A DNA stretch of 56,435 nt from an uncultured bacterium (GTDB taxonomy: Bacteria > UBP14 > UBA6098). The stretch is taken from positions 1 to 56,435 of the forward strand of contig CAYNTG010000004.1 in assembly GCA_964400105.1 (NCBI GenBank), given 5' to 3'. The translations under genes were made by a program, and so were the position numbers. The notes under the pieces are model-generated. The model was given only the letters and a program-made list of their open reading frames with translations. It had not been told where the DNA came from and did no database searches. How positions within the stretch are numbered: the stretch's first letter is position 1; each line of letters begins with the position of its first letter. Below are positions 29,795 to 39,616 of this stretch, one piece after another.

Positions 29795-30076
29795 TCATAA
29801 TAGATGAATTCTCGATACCCTTTTTTCTCCAAAAAAATCGTTTATTTTCTCGACTATGTCCTCTTTCATAAGCGATAATTCGTTCCTCCACGCCGAATCA
29901 TCGGCGCGCACGAATAGTATCCTATGCTCTATGGCTATCGCCTTTGCTTGGCTTGCGAGCCTTTCCCCGACTATCTCCGCCCATTTTTCAATAACCTCCG
30001 CTTCCTCGATCCCGCCCATCAATCCTCGACCGCTCAAAATCCGCCTTATGATCGACGATATCGGTTCCGGCTGCAT
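29795..30076 (-). CDS. DUF721-like small protein (the usual recF-gyrB spacer gene)
   Basis: 93 aa. It abuts the recF stop, sits in the conserved position, and has a typical C-terminal ...INDFFGEKRVSRI. Confidence 0.7.
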   Translation of the reverse strand: MQPEPISSIIRRILSGRGLMGGIEEAEVIEKWAEIVGERLASQAKAIAIEHRILFVRADDSAWRNELSLMKEDIVEKINDFFGEKRVSRIHLL

Positions 30077-31189
30077 TTAATGCTCCCTTCTAACTAAACC
30101 AACACCATCGAAAACGAACAGCGCGCCGTCAATTCCTTTTGGAGCGTCTATTTCCCTCGGTGATGTCATAATAACCTGTCCGAATCGCGACGCCACATCC
30201 GTAAATCTCGATGTATTTTCCGGGTCGAGTTCCGCAAAACAGTCATCCAAAAGCAGCGTTACAACGTCCTCAGTCTTTTTGTTAAGAATATCGGATGCCG
30301 CGAATATCACCGATATCGACGCGGCGCGCGCCTGTCCCCAACTCCCAAACCGCGAAAGCCGATCGCCGTTGCGTAAAAACAAAAACTCGTCTCGATGCGG
30401 GCCTATCGCCGTCTCGCCGTTGTCGAGGTCGAGACGCCTTCTCGCCGCAAGTTTTTCCTTATAATTTTCCTCTATCTCTCCTACACCCATATCCCCAACA
30501 CGAATCGTAGGTTTGTATTCTATCGAAAGATCACCTCCATCGCCACCCAAAATCTCATTGTAAATATCGCCGCTTAACCCCCTAATAACATCCAAAAAAC
30601 GAGCACGCCCCTCCATAATAAACGCAGCTTTTGGTGCCAGTGCTTCATCCCATGTCTCAATTAAAAGCTGTCCACCGGCGATCTTGCCGCTACGCTCACC
30701 TTTAAGTGCGGCATTCCTCTCCGAGACAAGCCTTCTATATTGTCCGAGATTAAGCGTATATTCATGGCTCATCTGGCAAAGAACAGAATCTATCATTCGA
30801 CGGCGCACAGACGGCGATCCCTTAACGAGGTCTATCTCCTGCGGACCGATGGTCGTCATTGGAAACACACCCAAAAGCTCGGACATCTTCGGCGCGCGCT
30901 TCCCGCTGATATATACCTCTTTTCGTCCGCCTCTCTTGAGTTTGATAGAAACATCTTGTCTTCTGGAAGTCCCTTTTCCAGCAACGACAGCGAATACCTC
31001 GCCATCGGATATTACATCGGTGCTTCGCTCCGACCACGGCGAACCACCGAGACCCAAATGCAACATAGCCTCGAGAAGACTCGTCTTCCCAACGCCGTTT
31101 GGTCCGATAATTCGGTTGAATTTATCGTCGAGGTCGAGCTCCGCCTTGTTGTAAGCTCTAAAATTTTGAAGACGAAGCTTCGATATCAA
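30077..31189 (-). CDS. recF: DNA replication/repair protein RecF
   Basis: 370 aa. N-terminus LRLQNFRAY, Walker A GPNGVGKTSLLEA, Walker B LLLDDCFAELD. 4-nt overlap with dnaN. Confidence 0.9.
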   Translation of the reverse strand: MISKLRLQNFRAYNKAELDLDDKFNRIIGPNGVGKTSLLEAMLHLGLGGSPWSERSTDVISDGEVFAVVAGKGTSRRQDVSIKLKRGGRKEVYISGKRAPKMSELLGVFPMTTIGPQEIDLVKGSPSVRRRMIDSVLCQMSHEYTLNLGQYRRLVSERNAALKGERSGKIAGGQLLIETWDEALAPKAAFIMEGRARFLDVIRGLSGDIYNEILGGDGGDLSIEYKPTIRVGDMGVGEIEENYKEKLAARRRLDLDNGETAIGPHRDEFLFLRNGDRLSRFGSWGQARAASISVIFAASDILNKKTEDVVTLLLDDCFAELDPENTSRFTDVASRFGQVIMTSPREIDAPKGIDGALFVFDGVGLVRREH

Positions 31190-32319
31190 TCCTCTTCCTC
31201 CGGGAGCCTCAACGGCATGAGAATCGACAGATATTCCTCGCCCTCTTTCTGCGGAAGCGGCACTATAAGTGTCGCGGAGAGCGAATTCTTCAAAAGAAAC
31301 TTCACCTCGTCGGTCTCTAAATGCCTTAGAACCTCGAGAATATAATTGGAATTAAATCCTATGTTTATCGGCTCGCTCGAAAACTCTATGGGAATCTCCT
31401 CATACGCTTCTCCGCCAACGTCGTAATCCGTGCAACTCAATGCCATCTTGTTCCCACCGATAGACATTTTTACCAGATGGGTCAACGGATTCGACAGGAC
31501 AGACGCCCTTTTTATCGCGGAAATAAGCAAAGAGCCGTCGGCTATCATCGCCTTATCGTTATCACGCGGCAGAACATTTTCGTAATCCGGAAATCGCTCG
31601 GTGATAAGTTTTGTCGTAAGCGTTAAGTTGCCGACCTCGAACCGCGCCGTTCCATTTCCTAACTTAACAAAAACATCTCCCTCCGCATCGCCGATCATCT
31701 TTATAAAATGCCCTACGCTTTTTGCAGGAAGTATTATCTCCTTCTCAACATCTCCATCGATCTCGACCTTGACGTCTTTTTTTATCAGCGTCAATCTATG
31801 CCCATCGGTTGCCACCGCTATAAGTTTGCCCTTAGTAATCTTTAAAAACAACCCTGAAAGCGCTATCCTCGCTACATCGGCAGAAATTGCAAACGAGGTT
31901 TTCGTAACTATCCTTTTTATATCCTCCACCGATAAATTAAAATCGACGGTCTCATCTTTCATAATATCCTCTGCAGGATAATCCACCCTTTCCACACCGG
32001 ATACATAAAACCTGCCAGCTCCTTGCGATATCTCCACGCGATTTTTTTCCCTTTTAATATGAACTTCTCCCGGTGCAAACTCCCTCAATAGCTCGAAAAG
32101 CTTCTTTGCCGGCAATGCATACTCGCCATCCTTTATAACCTTAGCCTCGAGCTCTCCAACCATGGAAACATCCATGTCTGTTCCCATGATCGATACCTTA
32201 TCGCCAGATGCCGATATCAAGACATTCATAAGCACCGGATGTGTTGAACGACCGGGAATAACCGATTGAACGTTGCTCAGAACATCATATAGGTTTCCTC
32301 GTTCACAGGTGAATTCCAT
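31186..32319 (-). CDS. dnaN: DNA polymerase III beta sliding clamp
   Basis: 377 aa, located between dnaA and recF. Beta-clamp-like N-terminus MEFTCERGNLYDVLSNVQSVIP.RST.PVL.NVLI. Confidence 0.92.
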   Translation of the reverse strand: MEFTCERGNLYDVLSNVQSVIPGRSTHPVLMNVLISASGDKVSIMGTDMDVSMVGELEAKVIKDGEYALPAKKLFELLREFAPGEVHIKREKNRVEISQGAGRFYVSGVERVDYPAEDIMKDETVDFNLSVEDIKRIVTKTSFAISADVARIALSGLFLKITKGKLIAVATDGHRLTLIKKDVKVEIDGDVEKEIILPAKSVGHFIKMIGDAEGDVFVKLGNGTARFEVGNLTLTTKLITERFPDYENVLPRDNDKAMIADGSLLISAIKRASVLSNPLTHLVKMSIGGNKMALSCTDYDVGGEAYEEIPIEFSSEPINIGFNSNYILEVLRHLETDEVKFLLKNSLSATLIVPLPQKEGEEYLSILMPLRLPEEED

Positions 32320-32689
32320 CCTTACTCCTCATTTAAAGAAATCGATACAAATCTAAGTTAATTTAATGAATATTAGTTAAAAAACAAGGGAAAATGAAAA
32401 TATAGAGGATGGTATTTTTGGCTCTCTCTTTATTAAAAAAAGATAAGTTCTTAAAGAAATAGTAATAGTAATAAGGATGTTAATTGTGTGGAGAACATAA
32501 AAAATTATCTGTAAAACGATAAAGGAAAAGAAGTTAGAAAGAATACAATAATAACATCAAAATGTTAAAAAAGTGTTAAAGATAAAGCGGTTATCCAACT
32601 GAAATATAAAAATGTTGATTTAGCCCGAATAGCACACATTTATACAAACCGAAACGACACAGGTTATAAACTGGCTATAAACATGAAAA
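32320..32689. other. candidate oriC (AT-rich dnaN-dnaA spacer with degenerate DnaA boxes)
   Basis: 370 bp, by eye the most AT-rich tract in the window. TGTGGAGAA (32487-32495) has 1 mismatch to TGTGGATAA. TTATCCAAC (32591-32599) and TTATACAAA (32640-32648) each have 2 mismatches to TTATCCACA. Confidence 0.45.
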
Positions 32690-34039
32690 TTATAGTCGAA
32701 GATCGGAACGAAGATGGGCAATCTTATCCGCGAGGCTAGAGTCCACTCGAATTTTGTTACGGATGCACTTGACTGCATGTATAACCGTCGAATGATCGCG
32801 GCCGCCGAAGTATAATCCTATAGTCTTCAGGGAGTTATCGGTGAACTCTCTTGAAAGATACATTGCAACCTGCCTCGCCATAGCTAGCGGTTGTGTCCTC
32901 CGGCTGTTCTGTAGAGATTTTTCCGGAACGCCGAAAACAGATGCAACCTCTTTGCATATCACAGGGAGACCAACAGGATTCGTCTGGAAGCCGTTGGTAT
33001 AGTGGCTTATAACGTCGCGGGCAACATTAATATCTATGTCGCATCCGGTGATGGAGGCGTAAGCGAGAAGCCTGATGAGCGTCCCTTCGAGCTCGCGGAT
33101 GTTCGAGGTGATGTTCTCGGCGATGAAAACAAGGATGTCCTCGTTCAGCGCGATTCCGTCGAACTCAGATTTCCTTCTGAGGATAGCTATGCGACTCTCG
33201 ATATCCGGTGGGTGAATATCGACTACCAAACCCCACTTAAGCCGGGATAAAAGTCTCTCTTCCAATCCGGTTATCGAAGAAGGAGAGACATCGCTCGTGA
33301 GGACTATTTGTTTTCCTTTTTGGTAAAGCGAATTGAAGATATGAAAAAACTCGCTTTGGATCGACTCCTTGCCGGAAAAGAATTGAACGTCGTCGACTAG
33401 AAGCACGTCGACATTCCTATAGACGCGGTTGAACTCCGCTGTGGTCTTGGATATAAGGCTCCCGATGAACTCGTTTGTGAACCTCTCACTGGTAACGTAG
33501 ATGACCTTCTTCCTCGGATTTTCCTCTTTGATGAAGTGGCCAATAGCCTGAATCAAATGCGTCTTTCCCAAACCGGTGCCGGCGTATATAAATAATGGCG
33601 AATACTTGCTTTTTCCGGGGGCTTCGGCAACGGCGAGAGCCGCCGCATGCGAAAAATGGTTGAAGCTACCTACCACGAAGGAATCGAATGTATATTTTGG
33701 GTTGAGATGCCGATCCTCGGATGCCGTGTCGGAATCGTAACGCTTATATTTCGTTAGCTCTGGGACGTTATATGAATATGTTCCATCCACTTTTGGAATA
33801 GCGAATGTCAGCTTATAGGAGTCACCAAACTTTTTCGAGATGATGTCGAACATCATCTCGAGATGATGTTGTTCGAGCCAATCCGCCGTGAAATGATCGC
33901 GAATCTCGACGACGAGATTATCCCCCTCTGCAGAAATTCCCTTCGTATTTTCAAACCAGGTCGCGAAGCTCTGTCTATTGATCATCGACCTAATTTCTGA
34001 TAAACAACTAACCCAAAGTTCCTCGTTGTTTTCGGACAT
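32690..34039 (-). CDS. dnaA: chromosomal replication initiator DnaA
   Basis: 449 aa. Walker A GTGLGKTHL, Walker B LLVDDVQF, C-terminal DNA-binding region RQVAMYLSRE...GGRDHSTVIHA. Confidence 0.97.
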   Translation of the reverse strand: MSENNEELWVSCLSEIRSMINRQSFATWFENTKGISAEGDNLVVEIRDHFTADWLEQHHLEMMFDIISKKFGDSYKLTFAIPKVDGTYSYNVPELTKYKRYDSDTASEDRHLNPKYTFDSFVVGSFNHFSHAAALAVAEAPGKSKYSPLFIYAGTGLGKTHLIQAIGHFIKEENPRKKVIYVTSERFTNEFIGSLISKTTAEFNRVYRNVDVLLVDDVQFFSGKESIQSEFFHIFNSLYQKGKQIVLTSDVSPSSITGLEERLLSRLKWGLVVDIHPPDIESRIAILRRKSEFDGIALNEDILVFIAENITSNIRELEGTLIRLLAYASITGCDIDINVARDVISHYTNGFQTNPVGLPVICKEVASVFGVPEKSLQNSRRTQPLAMARQVAMYLSREFTDNSLKTIGLYFGGRDHSTVIHAVKCIRNKIRVDSSLADKIAHLRSDLRL

Positions 34040-34433
34040 TTTTATCTATTCCTAAATCTGTTTTCAATTTAATTTTCAAACTGTTCATTAATAAGTGTTG
34101 ACAAACCACAACTTTAACAACACTTTTTTAAATACTCTTGACTTTATCGAAAAACACGACCATTCTAAGGTTTTATCGATGGAACGGGGGCTATACCCCG
34201 CCTATTTTTATTAGAATCCGTGTAACCTATTTCCTGTTATATGATTATATTGCTAAAAATTAGCAAAAAAGAAAATAGAATTCGTGTTCTTTCGGTAACG
34301 CCTCCAAAATATATGGTCGGGCAAGTCGTGTCAAGCTGCAAATTAAGCATTTTAAAATTATTTTATAACCCATTGATTAATAAAAGGATAATATATAACC
34401 GCGACCGAAGAGCGTAAAAACAATGGAGAACAT

Positions 34434-35225
34434 ATGAAAATAATCGACCTGAACGAAGAGAATAAGCCGCTGTTCAATGTGTGCCTCGAAGACTGGTCGG
34501 ACGAGATGAAAGAGGCCGGAAACCACAAGGAGCTGTGGTGCGCGAAGATGTGGGACAAGGGGCTACGCGTAAAGCTCGCGCTCGACGACTGCGGCGAGGT
34601 CGGCGGGATGATCCAGTATATCCCGATAGAGCACTCCGCCGCCGATGGGAAAGACCTGTATTTCATCCTGTGCGTCTGGGTTCACGGCTATAAAAAGGGC
34701 CGGGGCGATTTTCAGAAAAGTGGAATGGGCCAGGCGCTGCTCGCAGCCGCCGAGGACGACGTAAAGTCTCTCGGCGCAAAGGGGATCGCCGCGTGGGGGG
34801 TTCCCATGCCGTTCTGGATGCGGGCATCGTGGTTCAAAAAGCACGGATACGCGAAAGCGGACGGTCAGGGCTTTATGGGGCCGGTTCTCCTTTGGAAATC
34901 TTTCGACGACAACGCAATTCCGCCGAAATGGATCGAGCGAAAGAAGAAACCGGTGCTTACATCGGGCAAAGTCAATGTTACCGTCCTTGTTAACGGCTGG
35001 TGCCCCGCGATGAATCTCATTTACGAGCGCGCGAAACGGGCGGCGGCGCAATTCGGCGAAAAGGTAGAGTTCGTCGGGATCGACACATCGGACAGGGAGA
35101 CATTCCTCGAATGGGGAATTAGCGACGCGCTCTTTATCGACGGGAAGGAGATTCGCACAGGCCCGCCGCCGTCGTTCGAGAAGATATTCAAAAAGATCGA
35201 AAAACTGGTGCGGAAACTGGGATGA
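34434..35225 (+). CDS. GNAT-like acetyltransferase fused to a thioredoxin-fold (Thioredoxin_3-like) domain with degenerate CxxC
   Basis: 263 aa. N-terminal half GRGDFQKSGMGQALLAAAEDDVKSLGAKGI...FFKKHGY fits the GNAT A/B motif pattern. C-terminal ~80 aa VTVLVNGWCPAMNLIYERAKRAA...FIDGKEI resembles small thioredoxin-like proteins but has CPAM. Confidence 0.55.
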   Translation: MKIIDLNEENKPLFNVCLEDWSDEMKEAGNHKELWCAKMWDKGLRVKLALDDCGEVGGMIQYIPIEHSAADGKDLYFILCVWVHGYKKGRGDFQKSGMGQALLAAAEDDVKSLGAKGIAAWGVPMPFWMRASWFKKHGYAKADGQGFMGPVLLWKSFDDNAIPPKWIERKKKPVLTSGKVNVTVLVNGWCPAMNLIYERAKRAAAQFGEKVEFVGIDTSDRETFLEWGISDALFIDGKEIRTGPPPSFEKIFKKIEKLVRKLG

Positions 35226-35593
35226 AGCGAAAATAAAGATTAGCAGGTCGAGCGTCTCGCTCGACTGCACGGCGAGACTATGCGGCTATTAATAGTATGT
35301 TGCCTCATCATTGTTTGGTGGCGGGACGCCGTATCTCTCAGGATAAGACGCACGGTAGAAGATCGCGAATATTTATATTTGCAGCGAGGCGCTCCATCTA
35401 TTATATTAGATTACTCGGCGATACGTCGCGACTGTTAAATATGACTGTCGTTACGAGTGCTTGAATCCGTCTTGGGAGTCCGAAGAACAACGCGGTGATC
35501 TCCTCGATAAACGGAAAGATTGCTTCGTCAGGATTCGCCTTCCCCGCAATGACGGCGAGGAATAAATATAAACCACGCGCAGGAGGATTGAAG

Positions 35594-36973
35594 ATGAGAT
35601 ACGCTCTAATAATTTTCTTTTTCGCCCTAGCGGCGCTCGCCGGGCCGATGGATATCTATGTCGATTGCGAGGCGGAGAACAAGCTCGACCTCGTGTTCGT
35701 CATAGATTCGAGCGGGAGCATGGGATCGATAATTGCGAGTATCAGAGATATTACGGCGAGACTCGACAGCATACTTTCGGAATGCGACGTCCACTGGGGA
35801 ATCGTAACATTCGTCGATTCGGTCAGAGGTGATCACGATTTCGACACGACAACTCCGGGCATAGACCTAACCGACGATTATTATAGTTTTCGGGACGACC
35901 TTCCATGGGGTTTGACTTCAGGCGACACCCCCAATGAGTGTCTCGATGCCCTTTGGGTTACGGCGCATTGCATCAATTGGCGTCCCGATGCACTGCATAT
36001 CGCTTTTCTATTCACTGGTAGCGTTTTTTGCGAAATAGGCGATCACTGCGCCCAATGCCACGGCAATCTCACGAAAGAGGAGTGCCTCGACACGTTGATG
36101 AACCATGATATTATCCTGTATCCTATCGTCCGCTATCCGCTTGCTTGGGCAACTTGCGTTCCGCCGCCGCCATATCACATGGATTTCTGGCGGCTTGTGG
36201 CCGATACAACGGGTGGAAGATTCTGGAATCTTCTAAGCTTCTGGCAGGACAGCCTGCTCTATTGGGCGGATTCGATGAATTCTCTCGTCTCGGAAAGCGT
36301 TTATGTTGCCAATAACCTTTCCTCGACGGTCTCCGCCGAGATCAGATTAGAATCCATTTGCGGCGTCGAGCTTTTCGATACATTGATCGATATCGGCACT
36401 ATCGCCGCCGGAGATTCGGCTTCGGCAGGATTCCGCTTCGCTATCGACGACACCGTCGCAAAACCGGCGTTCCACGTTATCGGAGATTTCAATAGCGGGG
36501 CTTATTCCGAAACGCTTCTGGTAACACTCGATACCTGCGGTTGCCACGAGGCGATAATCGAGCTTGTGCCAGGCTGGAATCTCGTCTCGGTTCCATCGGA
36601 TCAGGTTGTGCCGCTTTCGTATTTCGAGAGCGCGCTCGGCGACGCTTATCTTTATAGCCCCGTTCTCGGAATCTATGGCGACGCAAGCGTTCTTGCTCCG
36701 GGATTCGGCTATTGGATTCTCAGCGGCGAAAACTCGCGCGTGATGTTCGGCGGCGTGCCGATAGATGGCGAGGATATTCCGACATTCACCGGCTGGAATG
36801 CCCTTGGCGGAGGAAGCCTGCCGTTTTTACCGCCGGAGGGTTTGACTGGCGGTTCCGCCCTTTGGCCGATGTTCGAGTATAACGGCATCGATTACGATCC
36901 GGCGGATGTAATCGAGGTCGGCAAAGGCTATTGGCTCCTCGGCACCTCGCCGGGAAACTGGGAAGCACCGTGA
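35594..36973 (+). CDS. secreted von Willebrand factor A (VWA) domain protein
   Basis: The ORF track starts at 35495. ATG 35594 follows AGGAGG (35581-35586) and gives signal peptide MRYALIIFFFALAALAGP. MIDAS motif DLVFVIDSSGSMGS. No T9SS CTD. Confidence 0.7.
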   Translation: MRYALIIFFFALAALAGPMDIYVDCEAENKLDLVFVIDSSGSMGSIIASIRDITARLDSILSECDVHWGIVTFVDSVRGDHDFDTTTPGIDLTDDYYSFRDDLPWGLTSGDTPNECLDALWVTAHCINWRPDALHIAFLFTGSVFCEIGDHCAQCHGNLTKEECLDTLMNHDIILYPIVRYPLAWATCVPPPPYHMDFWRLVADTTGGRFWNLLSFWQDSLLYWADSMNSLVSESVYVANNLSSTVSAEIRLESICGVELFDTLIDIGTIAAGDSASAGFRFAIDDTVAKPAFHVIGDFNSGAYSETLLVTLDTCGCHEAIIELVPGWNLVSVPSDQVVPLSYFESALGDAYLYSPVLGIYGDASVLAPGFGYWILSGENSRVMFGGVPIDGEDIPTFTGWNALGGGSLPFLPPEGLTGGSALWPMFEYNGIDYDPADVIEVGKGYWLLGTSPGNWEAP

Positions 36974-37121
36974 AAATCCCCCGGCAAGACGCCGGAACGA
37001 TTATACAGAAAAAAAGTATGGTTCCTGTGCAAAAAGGAAAGTCGGGAAGGTCATCGAGCGCCTCATCTGTTCGCAAGACCGCCGCGCAGCGGTTGAACAA
37101 TTTCCGCCGGAATTAAAAAAC

Positions 37122-37149
37122 TTGACTTAAAAATCATTTTTCGTAATTT
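37122..37149 (+). promoter_or_regulatory. candidate promoter
   Basis: TTGACT (37122-37127), 16-nt spacer, TAATTT (37144-37149), about 25 nt upstream of ATG 37172. Confidence 0.35.
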
Positions 37150-37171
37150 ATCATATGAAAGAGAGGTTTCA

Positions 37172-38569
37172 ATGGGAAATTTACGCCATATAATAATGGT
37201 AACGGCGATCTTCGCAATCCTTGTGGGATCGGCATTAGCGGTTAATCGAAGCATATATATCTGGGATGCCGCATCTCCGGGAGCGGAGTTCCAACACCCC
37301 GATTCGACATCGACACATTTAGTCCGTCCGCGCGACGGATGGATCGAGGCGCTCGAAACGATTCAAGCGGACGAGGGTCGAGAGGACTATGCGATGGGCG
37401 ATACGATCATATTCTCATACGGGACCTCCTGGCCATCCGATCTTAATCCGTTCAGCGTAGTGATTATCTCGATGGGGTGGAACGACGGCACCGGCCCGGA
37501 CGATATCGATGCCACAAAACAGGCGCAGATAATGACCTTCCTCGATTCAACCGGACGAATTCCAGGAAACCAGAAAGCCGTTATTTTGGAGGGGAACGAT
37601 TTCGCCAACCTTTACTGCGACACTTCGAGTTCGCATTACACATATGCCGGCAGCTTTGCGGATTATGCCGGAGCGCTTCTCCTCGTCGATGACGGCGGCG
37701 CACCGGATGTTTTATTCGGCGAAGACAGCTCTTTCGCCGAAGGGTTGTCATTCCATTATGCCCCAACGCCCGGTGCGACCACGAGTGTCGATGACATCGT
37801 TCTGAACGATGCATTATGGGACAATCATCATCTGCGTTATGTATTCAACGCTTCGCGTAAATGCCCGGCGCGTGGGATTCAGCGGCGCAGCTATTCCCCC
37901 GGCGCGGTTATAACGTTGCCGTTTCAATTGGGAAATATCCCGCATGGCGTCAATACCAAGGAGCAGCTCGTCGCGAGAGCACTTGATTTTTGCGTCATGC
38001 CGCTGCCGGAGATCGTTACGGGCCTTTCGGGAGAGACCCTCTATGTCGATTCGCTGTTTTCGCTGGAATTCCAAAGCTACGACAACCGTTGCGTTGTCAA
38101 GACTGTAATCGATTATTCCACCGATTGCGGTGCGAGCTGGTGTTTTCTTCACGAGGTAACATATCCGGAATTTCATGAAACTCTCGATTTCGATATTCCG
38201 AATCATCCCGGCACTGAGTGTTATTTACGCGCTACGAGCCACGATTCCGTGTTCAATTTCACATCGGACACCTCGGCGCAATTCACGATTTTCGACCCGA
38301 CGGCTGTTGGCGAGCATCCATCCAAACCATATGGCGCTGCGCTCTCGGCTTTCCCGAATCCCTTCAATTCCGAGGTGACATTCAGGGCCACCATCGACGA
38401 ACCGGCGGAGATACAGATTTACAGCATTTATGGTTCGCGCATGGCCGGATTCGATGTCGAGCCGCCGAACGATATTGTCCGATGGGATGCAACCGGCAAA
38501 CCTTCCGGGATTTACCTCGCGCGGATATCCGGCACGACCGAGCGAATAAAGCTGGTTTATCTCCGTTAG
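37172..38569 (+). CDS. secreted T9SS cargo protein (shared pre-CTD-type module + type-A CTD)
   Basis: 465 aa with signal peptide MGNLRHIIMVTAIFAILVGSALA. CTD SAFPNPFNSEVTFRATI...IQIYSIYGSRM...WDATGKPSGIYLARI...LVYLR. Confidence 0.8.
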   Translation: MGNLRHIIMVTAIFAILVGSALAVNRSIYIWDAASPGAEFQHPDSTSTHLVRPRDGWIEALETIQADEGREDYAMGDTIIFSYGTSWPSDLNPFSVVIISMGWNDGTGPDDIDATKQAQIMTFLDSTGRIPGNQKAVILEGNDFANLYCDTSSSHYTYAGSFADYAGALLLVDDGGAPDVLFGEDSSFAEGLSFHYAPTPGATTSVDDIVLNDALWDNHHLRYVFNASRKCPARGIQRRSYSPGAVITLPFQLGNIPHGVNTKEQLVARALDFCVMPLPEIVTGLSGETLYVDSLFSLEFQSYDNRCVVKTVIDYSTDCGASWCFLHEVTYPEFHETLDFDIPNHPGTECYLRATSHDSVFNFTSDTSAQFTIFDPTAVGEHPSKPYGAALSAFPNPFNSEVTFRATIDEPAEIQIYSIYGSRMAGFDVEPPNDIVRWDATGKPSGIYLARISGTTERIKLVYLR

Positions 38570-38591
38570 AAAGGCTTGGCAGGCAGCATTT

Positions 38592-38619
38592 AAAGGCGGG
38601 TTTCGACCCGCCTTTTTTT
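38592..38619. terminator. bidirectional rho-independent terminator between convergent genes
   Basis: AAAGGCGGGT-ttcg-ACCCGCC followed by seven T. The A/T tracts on both sides allow function on either strand. It abuts the gpsA stop codon. Confidence 0.8.
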
Positions 38620-39616
38620 ATTTTGGGAATTCCGTTTTGATCGGGCGAGTCATGAGTTCACTTGCGGCTTCTTCTGGTGAAATTTTCCCATCGATAATCC
38701 TCGCGACTTGCTCCATGATCGGCATCTCGACGCCTTCGCGGGAAGCGAGTTCGAGCGTTGCGGTGGCAGTATAAACCCCTTCGGCGACCCAGGACACATT
38801 CGACAGAATCTCCGACGCCTTATTTCCTTCGGCGATCATTTTTCCGAGTGTATAATTGCGTGATGCCCCGCTGGTGCATGTCAGGACGATATCGCCGAGG
38901 CCGCCGATCCCGAATGTAGTTTTCGGTTCGGCTCCGAGCGATGTCGCAAGGCGGTGAATCTCTGCGAGGCCCCGAACGATAAGCGCGGCTCTGGCATTTT
39001 CGCCGAGACCGATGCCGTCGGAGAATCCCGCCGCGATAGCAAGGACGTTTTTGAGTGCCGCGCTAAGCTCGACGCCGAGCCTATCTTCGCTGCGATATAC
39101 GCGCATGTTTTCCGAAGAGATCGCTCGCTGCACGGTCTCCGCCGACGAGATTTCGCCCGCCGCCACGAGCACTGTCGGTTTTCCTTTCGCGACTTCTGTG
39201 GCGAACGACGGCCCGGAAAGCACGACTGTTTCCGCCTTTTTGACGGATTCCTCGATAATCCTCGATGGCAGGCGACCGGTCGATTGCTCGATCCCTTTCG
39301 AGAGGCTCACGAAAATTGCGCCATCGATAGAATCTACCGGTATTTTCGAAGCGACGGATGCGAGGTGTTGCACCGGCACCGCGAAGAAGATGATATCGGC
39401 GCTATCCACGGCGTAGCGCAGGTCCGTCGTCGGCTCGATCCCGCCGGGGATTTCGATTCCCGGAAGGAATACGCGGTTTTCGCCGCCCCGGATATCGGCG
39501 GCGGTTTCCGGCTCGCGGCACCAGATTTTGACATTTAGCCCGCACCGCGCCAGATGTATGGAAAACGCCGTGCCCCAAGCTCCGGCTCCGATTACGGCGG
39601 TTTTTTCAACGATCAT
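38618..39616 (-). CDS. gpsA: NAD(P)H-dependent glycerol-3-phosphate dehydrogenase
   Basis: 332 aa. Rossmann motif VIGAGAWGTA, plus AALKNVLAIAAG and GLGDIVLTCTSGASRN. Confidence 0.92.
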   Translation of the reverse strand: MIVEKTAVIGAGAWGTAFSIHLARCGLNVKIWCREPETAADIRGGENRVFLPGIEIPGGIEPTTDLRYAVDSADIIFFAVPVQHLASVASKIPVDSIDGAIFVSLSKGIEQSTGRLPSRIIEESVKKAETVVLSGPSFATEVAKGKPTVLVAAGEISSAETVQRAISSENMRVYRSEDRLGVELSAALKNVLAIAAGFSDGIGLGENARAALIVRGLAEIHRLATSLGAEPKTTFGIGGLGDIVLTCTSGASRNYTLGKMIAEGNKASEILSNVSWVAEGVYTATATLELASREGVEMPIMEQVARIIDGKISPEEAASELMTRPIKTEFPK

